A stretch of 64,000 nt of DNA from positions 15,693 through 79,692 of the IMG/VR virus record IMGVR_UViG_3300032219_002765; one strand, written 5' to 3'. The DNA comes from a virus. Taxonomy: Duplodnaviria; Caudoviricetes. Under the pieces are notes generated by a model. It had not been told where the DNA came from and searched no databases. It saw only the letters and a list, made by a program, of their open reading frames with translations. Made by a program: the position numbers and the translations under genes. This document shows, piece after piece, positions 54,684 through 63,831 of the stretch. Every line of letters starts with the position of its first letter. Within the stretch, counting starts at the first letter, position 1.

Positions 54684-54899
54684 CTAAAAGAGCTGAAACA
54701 AGTCATCCAAAAGGGCACAAATAAGCGCACTGCGATACGCCATCATTCGTGCAAGTTCTCTGGTTTCTAAATCCCCTAAAGGATTAGAGTCCTCATCCCA
54801 ATTGAATGTTTTTTCATCCGCTCGTTGCTGAGCGCAACGCTCTATATTCTGCCAGTCAACTGTAAGTGCTTGCTTTACAAGTTTTTTGCGACTAGTCAT
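54684..54899 (-). CDS. Hypothetical protein
   Basis: ATGA-coupled to the endolysin. Confidence 0.6.
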   Translation of the reverse strand: MTSRKKLVKQALTVDWQNIERCAQQRADEKTFNWDEDSNPLGDLETRELARMMAYRSALICALLDDLFQLF

Positions 54900-56143
54900 T
54901 TTAAAGCTTTAATAAACCAACCAGAGCTTTCTCCCTCAACCATCCAGCGAGGTTTTAAGTTCAATTTAGAGTATAACTTTTTAGCGCCATTTGTGCTGAG
55001 GTATCCTCCGTTAATAAGATCTAAATCGCCAAACGGATCATTAACTACATAACTTTTATTATCTTCAGAACGCCCAATGACACAAATCCAGTGACCGCCC
55101 CCGGTTGGGCTCGTCACAGATCCTTTATGAAGAATCCCAATAGGGACCGCGATTCCTTTATCTAGTTGAGCGTCAATATCCTTCCACGAGCCTTTTTGAC
55201 AAAATTCGGCTCTGACTCCGTAATCTTCTAGAGCTTCTAACTGTGCTGCTGCTGACGTAGTGTCGCCATGTTTAAACACAGTTGCTATATATTTATCATC
55301 GTTATCAATGCTGTTGGGTTTTAATCCCTTAAGCATCATGGCGCAAGAGCTAGAAAAACAAGTCCGCAAAGGATCACGGACGTTATCTCGCTGAGAATAA
55401 TAAGGAATATTTAAAACTTTTTCGACAGGAACTGATGGAGAAGATTCTTGTGGGACAGATAAAGATTTGGGATCGTTAATAATCTTCCAATGGCTGGGGT
55501 AAAGCCACCAGTCTTGATCGGGTTGAGACTCAAGCCGAATCCTGTAGTCGACTTCTCCGGGAACCATTGTGATTGTACGCCACTCATGGGCAGCTCCCTT
55601 AGGGACAAAGACTTTTTCTTCAGCAGAAAGAGTGGTAGCTTGCTCAGGCTTACGTTTTAGCCACGTATCCTGTTTTGCCAAGATTGAAGTAGCCAAGAGC
55701 GGATGTACAGCTTTGGTTAAAAATAACTCTTTTTCTCGCCGACGGCGGTTTGCGAGACCTTCGTTAACATTTCCATTAACTTTAGTCCACTTTAACAGCT
55801 CTGACGCAACTATACAGCGATCAACGTCATCATTTAGCAACTTTAACAACGTTGATTGTTTAAACGCATTAACCCCAACATTATATGTAAAACTTACTAA
55901 AGCATCAAATTCACTCTGACTAACTCTAAGTTTAATTAATTCTGAAACTGAGCTTTCAAAATACTGCAAAGTACGCAGAAGAAATTCTTCCGCTTGCTCT
56001 TTACTGATTGTTAGACCAGGGCCAATCTGGGCACCCGTGGTGCCGTATCCTATAGTCCAGACTCCGGCTTCGCATTGGTACGAAGTTAAGCGCAGACCTT
56101 CAAAACTTTTAATTAAATTGACCCCCGCAGGGGAAATTTTCAT
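54896..56143 (-). CDS. Endolysin: GH24 lysozyme + SH3-like linker + C39-like cysteine peptidase
   Basis: IKSFEGLRL..YQCEAGVWTIGYG and GLANRRRREKELF (GH24); PYYSQRD..RTCFSSSCAM and GGGHW (C39-like); start moved to MKISP. Confidence 0.88.
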   Translation of the reverse strand: MKISPAGVNLIKSFEGLRLTSYQCEAGVWTIGYGTTGAQIGPGLTISKEQAEEFLLRTLQYFESSVSELIKLRVSQSEFDALVSFTYNVGVNAFKQSTLLKLLNDDVDRCIVASELLKWTKVNGNVNEGLANRRRREKELFLTKAVHPLLATSILAKQDTWLKRKPEQATTLSAEEKVFVPKGAAHEWRTITMVPGEVDYRIRLESQPDQDWWLYPSHWKIINDPKSLSVPQESSPSVPVEKVLNIPYYSQRDNVRDPLRTCFSSSCAMMLKGLKPNSIDNDDKYIATVFKHGDTTSAAAQLEALEDYGVRAEFCQKGSWKDIDAQLDKGIAVPIGILHKGSVTSPTGGGHWICVIGRSEDNKSYVVNDPFGDLDLINGGYLSTNGAKKLYSKLNLKPRWMVEGESSGWFIKALK

Positions 56144-56580
56144 TAGGTGCTCGTAACGCAAATACCGACTCGGTACTCACAACCACTACGGCCTTTAAGT
56201 TGAATATAAGTGTAATAAGTGCCCGAAGTATTAATAGTGGTTGTAGTAGTGGAAGTTGCTCTTGTACTAAATTTAGACGGATTAGCGGTCAGAACTTCAG
56301 TACCAGCCGAGTTAAGAACAACAACAGGACCGCAAGAATTTTGATTACGAATATCAACGCGCAGAATACCTGTTGCGTTAACAGTTAATTTGTAAACATC
56401 TGAAATACCATATATGCCGTCGGCTGCATACTCGCGGTTTTCGGATGTAACTACAACCACGCCGCTGGAATCTAGTGTTCGGCGTTGATCAAAGTGAGTG
56501 GACTCCGTGCGACGGGTAGGATCCGTGATACCGCTGTTAATGACGGAATCCAGTTCAAGGTTTTTTGTGTACTGGGCCAC
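56143..56580 (-). CDS. Beta-sandwich (PPC-like) protein
   Basis: DVYKLTV...G.LRVDI...SGTYYTYIQ...CEYRV pattern. Confidence 0.55.
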   Translation of the reverse strand: MAQYTKNLELDSVINSGITDPTRRTESTHFDQRRTLDSSGVVVVTSENREYAADGIYGISDVYKLTVNATGILRVDIRNQNSCGPVVVLNSAGTEVLTANPSKFSTRATSTTTTTINTSGTYYTYIQLKGRSGCEYRVGICVTST

Positions 56581-56688
56581 GCCGATACAATCATTCGATA
56601 CTTATATTTTAATCAGAAAATACGTTATGTTTACGTCTTAAAATCAATTAAAATTTATTTAGCTAATCAGGGGTACAGAATTGTGGGT

Positions 56689-56952
56689 GTGGAAACTATT
56701 GTTGCTATATTCACAGCGGGTTTAGGCTTTCTTACTTGGAATCACTCACAAAAACAAACCATATTAAACGATCGATTTAACTCAATAAAAAAACGTCTAG
56801 AAGATACTGAAGACAAAATAAATGAGTTTCCAAAAATATACGCTTTAAAATCTGATTTAAATCTTGGTTTGTCTGAAATTAAAGATAGGCTTAATCACAT
56901 TAACGATAAATTAGATCAACTAATAATGACTAAATTGCATGAAAAACTCTAA
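56689..56952 (+). CDS. Membrane-anchored coiled-coil protein (lysis-associated?)
   Basis: Start moved to the GTG at 56689; single TM helix followed by a coiled-coil. Confidence 0.65.
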   Translation: METIVAIFTAGLGFLTWNHSQKQTILNDRFNSIKKRLEDTEDKINEFPKIYALKSDLNLGLSEIKDRLNHINDKLDQLIMTKLHEKL

Positions 56953-57253
56953 TTATAATATTTGGTTTGCTTTAAGTTATGAACTGGTAAACACAGTTTC
57001 TCAGCAATACCCAAAATTAAAACAAAATAAAATTGTTAGATTACTACTAGAGTATTGTAAACCAGACTGGATTTTCTGGAAAGTAGAAACAAGTTTAAAT
57101 CAAGTTGACAAACAAGTAGAAGCCATAAAAAAAGAGTGGGAAAAAAATAAAGCTCCTAAGTATACAATTATTGAGCATGAACCCGACGGATCAAAAGCAC
57201 AAGAACTATTAGGAGGAGCAATGGAAATAAAAAGTAATTTTATTCAAAATTAA
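56939..57253 (+). CDS. Hypothetical protein
   Basis: 104-aa coupled ORF. Confidence 0.6.
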   Translation: MKNSNYNIWFALSYELVNTVSQQYPKLKQNKIVRLLLEYCKPDWIFWKVETSLNQVDKQVEAIKKEWEKNKAPKYTIIEHEPDGSKAQELLGGAMEIKSNFIQN

Positions 57254-57260
57254 TTAGACT

Positions 57261-57461
57261 GTGTACACAAGGTATTTAACTGCCATGGAACAATTTATTG
57301 CTCACATCCAACAACTTCTTATTGTTCTTCTTGCCACGCACGCCGTAGCTGTGGCCATCGTCAACATCACTCCGACTCCAAAAGACGATGAAACAGTAGT
57401 TAAAATTTATAAAGTAATCGAAGTATTAGCTGGCATAATTACTAAATTAGCTAAAAAGTAA
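57261..57461 (+). CDS. Holin-like small membrane protein
   Basis: Hydrophobic helices flanking TPTPKDD and a basic C-terminus; near the endolysin. Confidence 0.55.
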   Translation: MYTRYLTAMEQFIAHIQQLLIVLLATHAVAVAIVNITPTPKDDETVVKIYKVIEVLAGIITKLAKK

Positions 57462-57467
57462 TTTAAA

Positions 57468-57854
57468 TTATTGCAAGTGTGCTGGGAGCTTTAAAGGTTC
57501 CTGGCACGCTTTCGCGTATTCACGTGCCGCAACACTGGATTCATGGTTATAACTTAACCATTCCCAAATTGCTAGTTCGCGATCTTCGTTCCAAAACGTC
57601 TGAGATCGAAACCAGAGCAGCCAATCCGCGTCTGATTTTGCCAAGTTACAAGTAGGGCAGCACGCTAAAAGATTGTCTCTTTTTGTTGAGCCGCCTTTAG
57701 CTCTAGGTATTATATGATCTAATGTATGTGCTCGATCGGAACCGCAATACGCACACAAATTTTCCCACGCATCAAGAATATCTTTCCTAAATCTCTTTCG
57801 GGCAGTTCGACGTTGTAAACACTGAAGATTAAAAACTAAATCCGACTCGCTCAC
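57468..57854 (-). CDS. HNH endonuclease (McrA-like, short)
   Basis: CAYCG..TLDHIIPRAKGG..RDNLLACCPTCNLAK. Confidence 0.88.
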   Translation of the reverse strand: MSESDLVFNLQCLQRRTARKRFRKDILDAWENLCAYCGSDRAHTLDHIIPRAKGGSTKRDNLLACCPTCNLAKSDADWLLWFRSQTFWNEDRELAIWEWLSYNHESSVAAREYAKACQEPLKLPAHLQ

Positions 57855-57884
57855 AAAAAGTGTGCGGGGTTGTCTTTATTTTAG

Positions 57885-58250
57885 CTAAGTAATCTGTTTG
57901 CTTAACAATTTTGGTGATGTACGTTGAATAAATGAAATGTGATGTCCCTCTGAATCAAAGCATTCGGCCAAGTATTTACACGCTTTCTCTGGATCGGTTG
58001 TTTCACCGCAAGTGAAGGCATCTACAGCGGCAAATTCACATTCCGGCCAAGTGTGTATGCTGATGTGGGATTCAGCTAACAAGGCAAATCCCGTAATACC
58101 TTGAGGAGAAAATACGTGAGTACGAACTTCAAGTAAAGTCGCACCTGCAATTTCAGCAGCTTCAATCAGCGCTTGTCGGACAAAAGCTTCATCATTGAGT
58201 TTATCCGAGTTGCCGCGATAAAGTTCTAAAACGCAGTGCTTACAATCCAA
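57885..58250 (-). CDS. speD: S-adenosylmethionine decarboxylase proenzyme
   Basis: [28 protein letters not shown] and DAFTCG; intact ES self-cleavage site. Confidence 0.92.
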   Translation of the reverse strand: MDCKHCVLELYRGNSDKLNDEAFVRQALIEAAEIAGATLLEVRTHVFSPQGITGFALLAESHISIHTWPECEFAAVDAFTCGETTDPEKACKYLAECFDSEGHHISFIQRTSPKLLSKQIT

Positions 58251-58318
58251 CGAAGTTGCTCAGAAACCCTATTAATTTTACGTGACTAGCGCTAATCTGA
58301 GTTACTTTCTAAACGAAC

Positions 58319-59200
58319 ATGAGTAAGGTATCCGTCCAGTGGCTTACACAAGATAAAGATTTATTTGAGTTTGATTGGTTAACATCTTTATTAGAAGGAA
58401 CTACAGATCAAGTTTTAGTAGCCGATAATGTATCACAGTTACAACTAGATAAAAAAGTACTTTTGATATGTAACCATGCGGTTCCTTACCGACCGTTTTT
58501 AGACGCACTTAGGCAAAACAATAGTTCATATGGAATAATTCTTTTGTCTGATGAAAATTTATTAGAGCCATGCGAATGGCTGCATGACCCAGCGTGTAAG
58601 TTTTTGTTTCGAAATTATTTACACCCACTTTATATTCGGCACCCAAAAGTAACTGTGTTTGGACTTGGCTACAAACGTAATTTTCTGACACATTGTTTGA
58701 CAATCCCGGTTGAAGAGCGCTCTACCTTATGGAGCTTTGCGGGAACTCCTCACGGTGAAAGAAGCGCAGTATTAGATCTGTTTAAAGATTTAAAACCTAA
58801 CGAAGTACACGCATGTTCTGGCTTTGGAGCAGACGACGGAATCTCGACGGAAGATTATGTATCAATGTTAAACGACAGTCAATTTGCCCTATGTCTGCTT
58901 GGTCAGGAAAGTGCAGACACATTTCGCTTATATGAAGCTTTAGAAGCTGGTTGTATTCCAGTAACTATAAATAGGTCAAATCAGTTCGACATCCGGCCTT
59001 CGTACTGGCACGGTGTTTTTTACGGGGAGACAGATTTACCTTTTATTGCCGAAGATAGTTGGGAGAAAGCTAAAGAAAAAATGATTCACATTATTGAAAA
59101 TAATGAAACTGCAGCGGTTCAAAAGAACTGCACAGAGTTTTGGAACAAATGGAAAACTGTGTGGCGCACACAGCTTCATCATAATTTTTCAAAAATATAA
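58319..59200 (+). CDS. Exostosin/GT47-like glycosyltransferase
   Basis: WSFAG...R, Y...L..SQFALCLLG...TFRLYEALEAGCIPV. Confidence 0.8.
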   Translation: MSKVSVQWLTQDKDLFEFDWLTSLLEGTTDQVLVADNVSQLQLDKKVLLICNHAVPYRPFLDALRQNNSSYGIILLSDENLLEPCEWLHDPACKFLFRNYLHPLYIRHPKVTVFGLGYKRNFLTHCLTIPVEERSTLWSFAGTPHGERSAVLDLFKDLKPNEVHACSGFGADDGISTEDYVSMLNDSQFALCLLGQESADTFRLYEALEAGCIPVTINRSNQFDIRPSYWHGVFYGETDLPFIAEDSWEKAKEKMIHIIENNETAAVQKNCTEFWNKWKTVWRTQLHHNFSKI

Positions 59201-59215
59201 ATTTTACTTTATATA

Positions 59216-59545
59216 TTAAGTTTGGCTCTCAAAAAAAGCTAAAAGATCATAAAATTCTGTACTAGTTACTTCTTCGCCTAGGAACAACCATGTAGCGCAA
59301 TAAAGTTCAGAGTATTCTTCCCACGCTTTACAAGCATCTGGACGGGAAATTTCGTAGCCCTCGTCGGCAAATTTTTTGACAATTTTATCTACGTCATTTG
59401 TAAACGAAAGCAAACGATGATTCTCATCTTTAAACACAAGTTTTTTTAACATGGCGTTACGTAGTGAAGTACAAATAAACGCAGGGCAATCCCAAACTTC
59501 GGGGCGGGATGCGTTTAATGCAGTTACCCTAGCTGCACCCTGCAT
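59216..59545 (-). CDS. Hypothetical protein
   Basis: True start may be MLKK at 59452; C-terminal AWEEYSE.YCATWL is the convincing part. Confidence 0.55.
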   Translation of the reverse strand: MQGAARVTALNASRPEVWDCPAFICTSLRNAMLKKLVFKDENHRLLSFTNDVDKIVKKFADEGYEISRPDACKAWEEYSELYCATWLFLGEEVTSTEFYDLLAFFESQT

Positions 59546-59601
59546 AATGTAGTGTAGCCGTAAAGTTAATACTTAAACTCAGCAGCAGGCGTGTTTACTA
59601 C

Positions 59602-61998
59602 TCACCTGGCGCGGCTGTAAGCGAAAGGCGATTGCGCAAAAGCCGCAAATATGTAAGTGCCAGCCGATTGATTCACAAAAGCATCTGTTCCTCGGACTTT
59701 AAACCCGTTAGAAAGGATATCAATTGAATATGCAGAAGCGCCGGTTACTTCTGCTCCTGCATCTTGAGCCTGCAAAAAACTATTAGTTAAATTGTAACCA
59801 GGGCGAAGCGCGTCATACATGCCCCATCCATTTGCACCGCCGTCAGATCGTTTAGTAAGTATCCACCGTGGACGCATTTCGGTATACACAAACGGCCCAT
59901 CTGCGCTGCCGTTGCCGGTGTAGCTGCCAAAAGAAGAGTACCCGGATACTGGGGCGAAGGCGTAACAAACTTGATCCTTGCCATCGTAGAAGTTAGAGGA
60001 TCCACCAGAACGGATTGAAAATACTGTGGAAGTTGGCGAGGTATTGTTCCAAAGGTTATTCGCCGCGCTTGCGTTAGTGCCGTTGAGGTAGAGAAAGTTT
60101 CCGTTGCCCAGGCTTGCGTGATAAACCTGCCAATTGTTTGCTTGGTTCCTTTCCTTAACCAGCAAAAGCTGCGGTGCTACGCCAAGTCCGTGACCGATAG
60201 TCTGTGACGTGTTATTTCCTACGGTGTAAGTGACCACCGAAAACCCAGCACTAGCATTAGCTCTCACCTGAGAAGTGATGCTGCCTGCTGTGTTGGTGAC
60301 TGTTGATGTCCCGGCGTCCCAGGCCCAGGCAACCATACTGCCGCTATTTACGCCACCGGTAGAGCCAACGCTGAATCCATTAGACGTAAAAGCAGTAAGA
60401 CCATTAGCATCTGAAGCCTCTGCATTGGTTACGTTTGGATGCAAGTAATTTGTTGCCCCACGCACTGCGTCATAAAGCTGATGGTAGTCGCCAGCATTTC
60501 GTACTTTTAACCAAACAAGATCCGGGCTAAAATTTAACTGCGTTATTGTTTGTGACGATGGAGTATTGCCTGTGTAAAGTACAACGTCCATCGCACTAGA
60601 ACCCTTGGCGACTACTGGGGTCGGCAAAAGTGTATCGACGATTGGGCGATGATTAGCCGGTGGTGTATAAGCCCAAGCGCGTTGACCGAAGTTCCACACA
60701 TGCGTCCCGCCGTTATAAGGCGACCCTGCAAAACAGAACGCCCCAGACAGTCCTGAGTACGCCTGGCCCTGGCTGCTGCCGTTTTTGTAAAACGTCACTG
60801 TCCCGGCATCCATGTCCATCGCAATGCCAATAATATCGCCTGTGGTATAGCTTGCGCCGTAGCTTACGGAGACATTGTTGTTCTCCTTCTGGCCACTGGA
60901 CATGTACGCATAGCCCTGGCTAAAGAAACCGACGTGGGGGTTCGAATTGGTGACATAATCAGCCTGCGAGGCACTGAGTATTCCAATACGATCCGTGCCA
61001 CTGGTTGCCACCTTTACTGTGCACTCCGCGTACCACTTGCCAGAAGACAATGCGAACGTGCTCCGCCTGCACCCGTGTTGGCTAGAGGAGCTGACGACGT
61101 ACTCCAGGTTCCCGTCTTTCAGGTCTACCGACGCTCCGTTATTTTTGTCGTTGAAATTAACGCAGCAATAATTTCCCCTCACTTCACCGCCCGCACCTGT
61201 ATCCGTGCCATAACTAGTAGGGGTATCTGTGAGACTGTCGTTGTTTGCACCAGCTGTAACGGAGAAGTTGTTAACTGTCCACGTGTTTCCGTTGCCTGAT
61301 GTATCAGTGCCAAGAGCAGCAGTGGTACTGTTATCGGAGAAGGAAAGCTTGAAGCCGTTTGTTCCGTAGCTACCTCCATATGTCTTAGGTTGCAGCTCAC
61401 CGTTTAAATCTGTAGTTGTAAATGATGTTGGGGTAAGTGCTTGACCGTCGATGAAGTGGATGTCGGCTAGATACCCACTGAAATACTGTCCAGACAGTTG
61501 GCTTCTACCGATGCTATGTGGATCAGCAGCGTTAAATTGCGGCGTTGCATTTTGAGGTGGATAGGAAGCAGAACTAAAGTTAGTTACCTGTGTCCCATTG
61601 ATATAGATTTTATGTCTATCGGCTGCCGTTGCCTGTGTTGTATCCATTACAACAAGAAGATGATACCAAGCGCCTGGATCCCGATAAATTGGCGTTGTTG
61701 TGATTGTGTACCCAGTACCTCCAATCCTTATCTCACCAGAAAGTTCATCGCTAGGAGTGAAATAAAATTCATACCTATCGCTTGAACTATTTGCGGCACT
61801 CAATATGTTTTGATAACCTACTCCAAGAACAGACCGCTTGACCCAACACGAAAGACTCCAGGTCTGCCTATTACCAGCAGATGCAGGTGTACGGCCTAAA
61901 TACGAAGAATCCCCGGAATTAAAACGAAGGGATCTGCTTATCTGGTAGGCACCACTTGCTGAAGTAAGAAGTAATTGCTTACCAGCAGTTAAACTCAT
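59602..61998 (-). CDS. Tail fibre/receptor-binding protein with LamG-like and SPRY-like domains
   Basis: SRSLRFNS..S.YL.RT, WYHLLV..DTT and GKWYAE...IGIAMDMDAG; C-terminal DILSNGFK..YIFAAFA. Confidence 0.8.
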   Translation of the reverse strand: MSLTAGKQLLLTSASGAYQISRSLRFNSGDSSYLGRTPASAGNRQTWSLSCWVKRSVLGVGYQNILSAANSSSDRYEFYFTPSDELSGEIRIGGTGYTITTTPIYRDPGAWYHLLVVMDTTQATAADRHKIYINGTQVTNFSSASYPPQNATPQFNAADPHSIGRSQLSGQYFSGYLADIHFIDGQALTPTSFTTTDLNGELQPKTYGGSYGTNGFKLSFSDNSTTAALGTDTSGNGNTWTVNNFSVTAGANNDSLTDTPTSYGTDTGAGGEVRGNYCCVNFNDKNNGASVDLKDGNLEYVVSSSSQHGCRRSTFALSSGKWYAECTVKVATSGTDRIGILSASQADYVTNSNPHVGFFSQGYAYMSSGQKENNNVSVSYGASYTTGDIIGIAMDMDAGTVTFYKNGSSQGQAYSGLSGAFCFAGSPYNGGTHVWNFGQRAWAYTPPANHRPIVDTLLPTPVVAKGSSAMDVVLYTGNTPSSQTITQLNFSPDLVWLKVRNAGDYHQLYDAVRGATNYLHPNVTNAEASDANGLTAFTSNGFSVGSTGGVNSGSMVAWAWDAGTSTVTNTAGSITSQVRANASAGFSVVTYTVGNNTSQTIGHGLGVAPQLLLVKERNQANNWQVYHASLGNGNFLYLNGTNASAANNLWNNTSPTSTVFSIRSGGSSNFYDGKDQVCYAFAPVSGYSSFGSYTGNGSADGPFVYTEMRPRWILTKRSDGGANGWGMYDALRPGYNLTNSFLQAQDAGAEVTGASAYSIDILSNGFKVRGTDAFVNQSAGTYIFAAFAQSPFAYSRAR

Positions 61999-62729
61999 GA
62001 GATAGTACCAGAACCGTAATTAAGGTTAGTAACAACGTTAATCCGACCAGGATTAACAACGTAGTACCCGAACATATCCACGCCGCTGGCAGTAGTTGTG
62101 AGGGTAGGTGCAGTATTGCTAACAAAGCTCCAAGCACCGCTATAAGTCAGTAAACGAGTGCCGGCGCTGTCTTGACGAATAACCAAAGCACCACACTGAC
62201 CACCGCTGGCGTTAACAGGGCTAGCTAAGGTCGAAGAAGCTGCGGTCAGCGTAATCTCAAAGTTATCTTTTGTACCGAAATTAAGCGTAATAACACCCGA
62301 ACCAAGCAGACCGCTAGGAACGCCAAAAGTCTGTGACTGAGTGAACGCAGGGCCAGAAATCGGGCCGCCGACCTTATCATATTTATTGCCAACTGCACTC
62401 AGAGCTGCGTTGCCAGAAGCTTGCGCAGTAGCAGCACTTGCAAGTGCAGCGTTACCAGAAGCTAAAGCAGCGTTGCCGGACGCAAGAGCCTGATTCGCTG
62501 TGGTCTGAGCAGCACCATCAATACCTAGTGTGTCCCCGACAAAAATGAGTCCACTAGCAGCAGGAGCCAGCGACACATTAACAGTAACTGTACCGCCAGT
62601 AAGCGCACCGCCGCCATCTAAGCCACTACCTGCAACAATACTACCTGCAGTAGCGCCGACAACATTATCGCCAAGCGGAAGCTCGGAGGTAACTCCACTA
62701 ACAACAACTAATGGGCGACGATTTGCCAT
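61995..62729 (-). CDS. Tail fibre-associated structural protein
   Basis: ASGNAAL repeats, KYDKVGG and a C-terminal QDSAGTRLLTY..WSF baseplate-type motif. Confidence 0.7.
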   Translation of the reverse strand: MANRRPLVVVSGVTSELPLGDNVVGATAGSIVAGSGLDGGGALTGGTVTVNVSLAPAASGLIFVGDTLGIDGAAQTTANQALASGNAALASGNAALASAATAQASGNAALSAVGNKYDKVGGPISGPAFTQSQTFGVPSGLLGSGVITLNFGTKDNFEITLTAASSTLASPVNASGGQCGALVIRQDSAGTRLLTYSGAWSFVSNTAPTLTTTASGVDMFGYYVVNPGRINVVTNLNYGSGTIS

Positions 62730-62757
62730 AACGACCTCCTGTTATTTAAGTATAGCC

Positions 62758-63261
62758 TCAGTCGTAAAGAACAACGGGAGGTTCGATCTCAACTTGCAAT
62801 TCAGATGCACTAAGAGCTTGGCCAACGTTAACTAAAGCTGAGTAACCACCCGAAGCCGTAATGGTTCCAGACGCTGTGCTAAACCGAGTCAACTGGCCAG
62901 TGTACTTAGATAAAAAGTAGTACTGACCGGGAACCAAAGCAGTCTCGCCAGTAAGGTTGGCCGAGCTGAGCACAACTGTGTCATCAAGGGTTACAGACAC
63001 GCTGGCCAAAGATGCCGCAGCATTAGCCGTAATGCCGATGACGTTGTACTGTTCGGCAGCAACGCCACTAGCAGCGCTAGCAGGCAGTACATATGTACCG
63101 CTAACATACACAACTTGGCCCTGGATTAATGTGGCACCAGCAGTAAAGTTTTGAGTCTTGACAGCGCTGGTTGTTACACCAGCGCCATTAATTAGCCACA
63201 CTTGCTGACCGGCCGGCGTAAAATCCGTGTACTGACGGTTAAAAATTGCGCGAGTCGTCAT
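62758..63261 (-). CDS. Virion structural protein (tail/cement-like)
   Basis: GQVVYVSG...IGI...LVPGQYYFLS..G motif. Confidence 0.65.
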   Translation of the reverse strand: MTTRAIFNRQYTDFTPAGQQVWLINGAGVTTSAVKTQNFTAGATLIQGQVVYVSGTYVLPASAASGVAAEQYNVIGITANAAASLASVSVTLDDTVVLSSANLTGETALVPGQYYFLSKYTGQLTRFSTASGTITASGGYSALVNVGQALSASELQVEIEPPVVLYD

Positions 63262-63266
63262 AGTGA

Positions 63267-63767
63267 TCAGACTCCGGAGGGTGTGACGCCAGACGGATTA
63301 ACGGGAGCAGGAGGATTTAAAGGGGGCCAAACTGGATAACCAGAGCCAGTGATATAAGTAGCTAGCTCGTCAGTCGTTGTCGTCGCTTGAATATCGCCGA
63401 CTTTCTGAGCAGCAGCTCCGCGAATCTCTTGACGCCACGTGACGATGGTGGGGTCGGCAGGAGTTCCGTCATCAATCTGCCGCACAATCTGCCAATCAGA
63501 CGGAAATAGCAGAGTGTATGCTGTCTGACTGGTCTGACCGGTCCACCCAGAAACTAAAACACCGTGATCCTTAGGTATTAACGTACCGCTAGCCGTATAA
63601 CCCCAATAAAAACGTTGATCGTAATACGGGGGATCGGGAACTTCTGTAATTCCTGCTGCTGCACGTTCGTCAGGTGTAGCTAGACGCAGCCAGTTTGCAG
63701 GATATAACGTACCATTTGCTTCAAACGGTACATCAAGGGCTAAAGGTTGGCCGTTTAAAACAAACAT
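63267..63767 (-). CDS. Tail fibre assembly chaperone-like protein
   Basis: YPANWLRLATPDER.A.GITE, YDQRFYW and LFPSDWQIVR...WRQEIR motifs. Confidence 0.75.
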   Translation of the reverse strand: MFVLNGQPLALDVPFEANGTLYPANWLRLATPDERAAAGITEVPDPPYYDQRFYWGYTASGTLIPKDHGVLVSGWTGQTSQTAYTLLFPSDWQIVRQIDDGTPADPTIVTWRQEIRGAAAQKVGDIQATTTTDELATYITGSGYPVWPPLNPPAPVNPSGVTPSGV

Positions 63768-63831
63768 CGTCGACTCTGTTTTATTAAATTCTAACTGTTA
63801 ACCGCGCAAGCGTACAGCACGTATTTACTTG

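Noticed and set aside
4227-58250. DNA hypermodification pathway (GTs + dCMP deaminase + DUF3310 + speD)
   Set aside because: No hydroxymethyltransferase, thymidylate-synthase homologue, aGPT-Pplase, PurZ or queuosine-pathway gene is visible in the window. Kept only as an alternative in the glycan finding.
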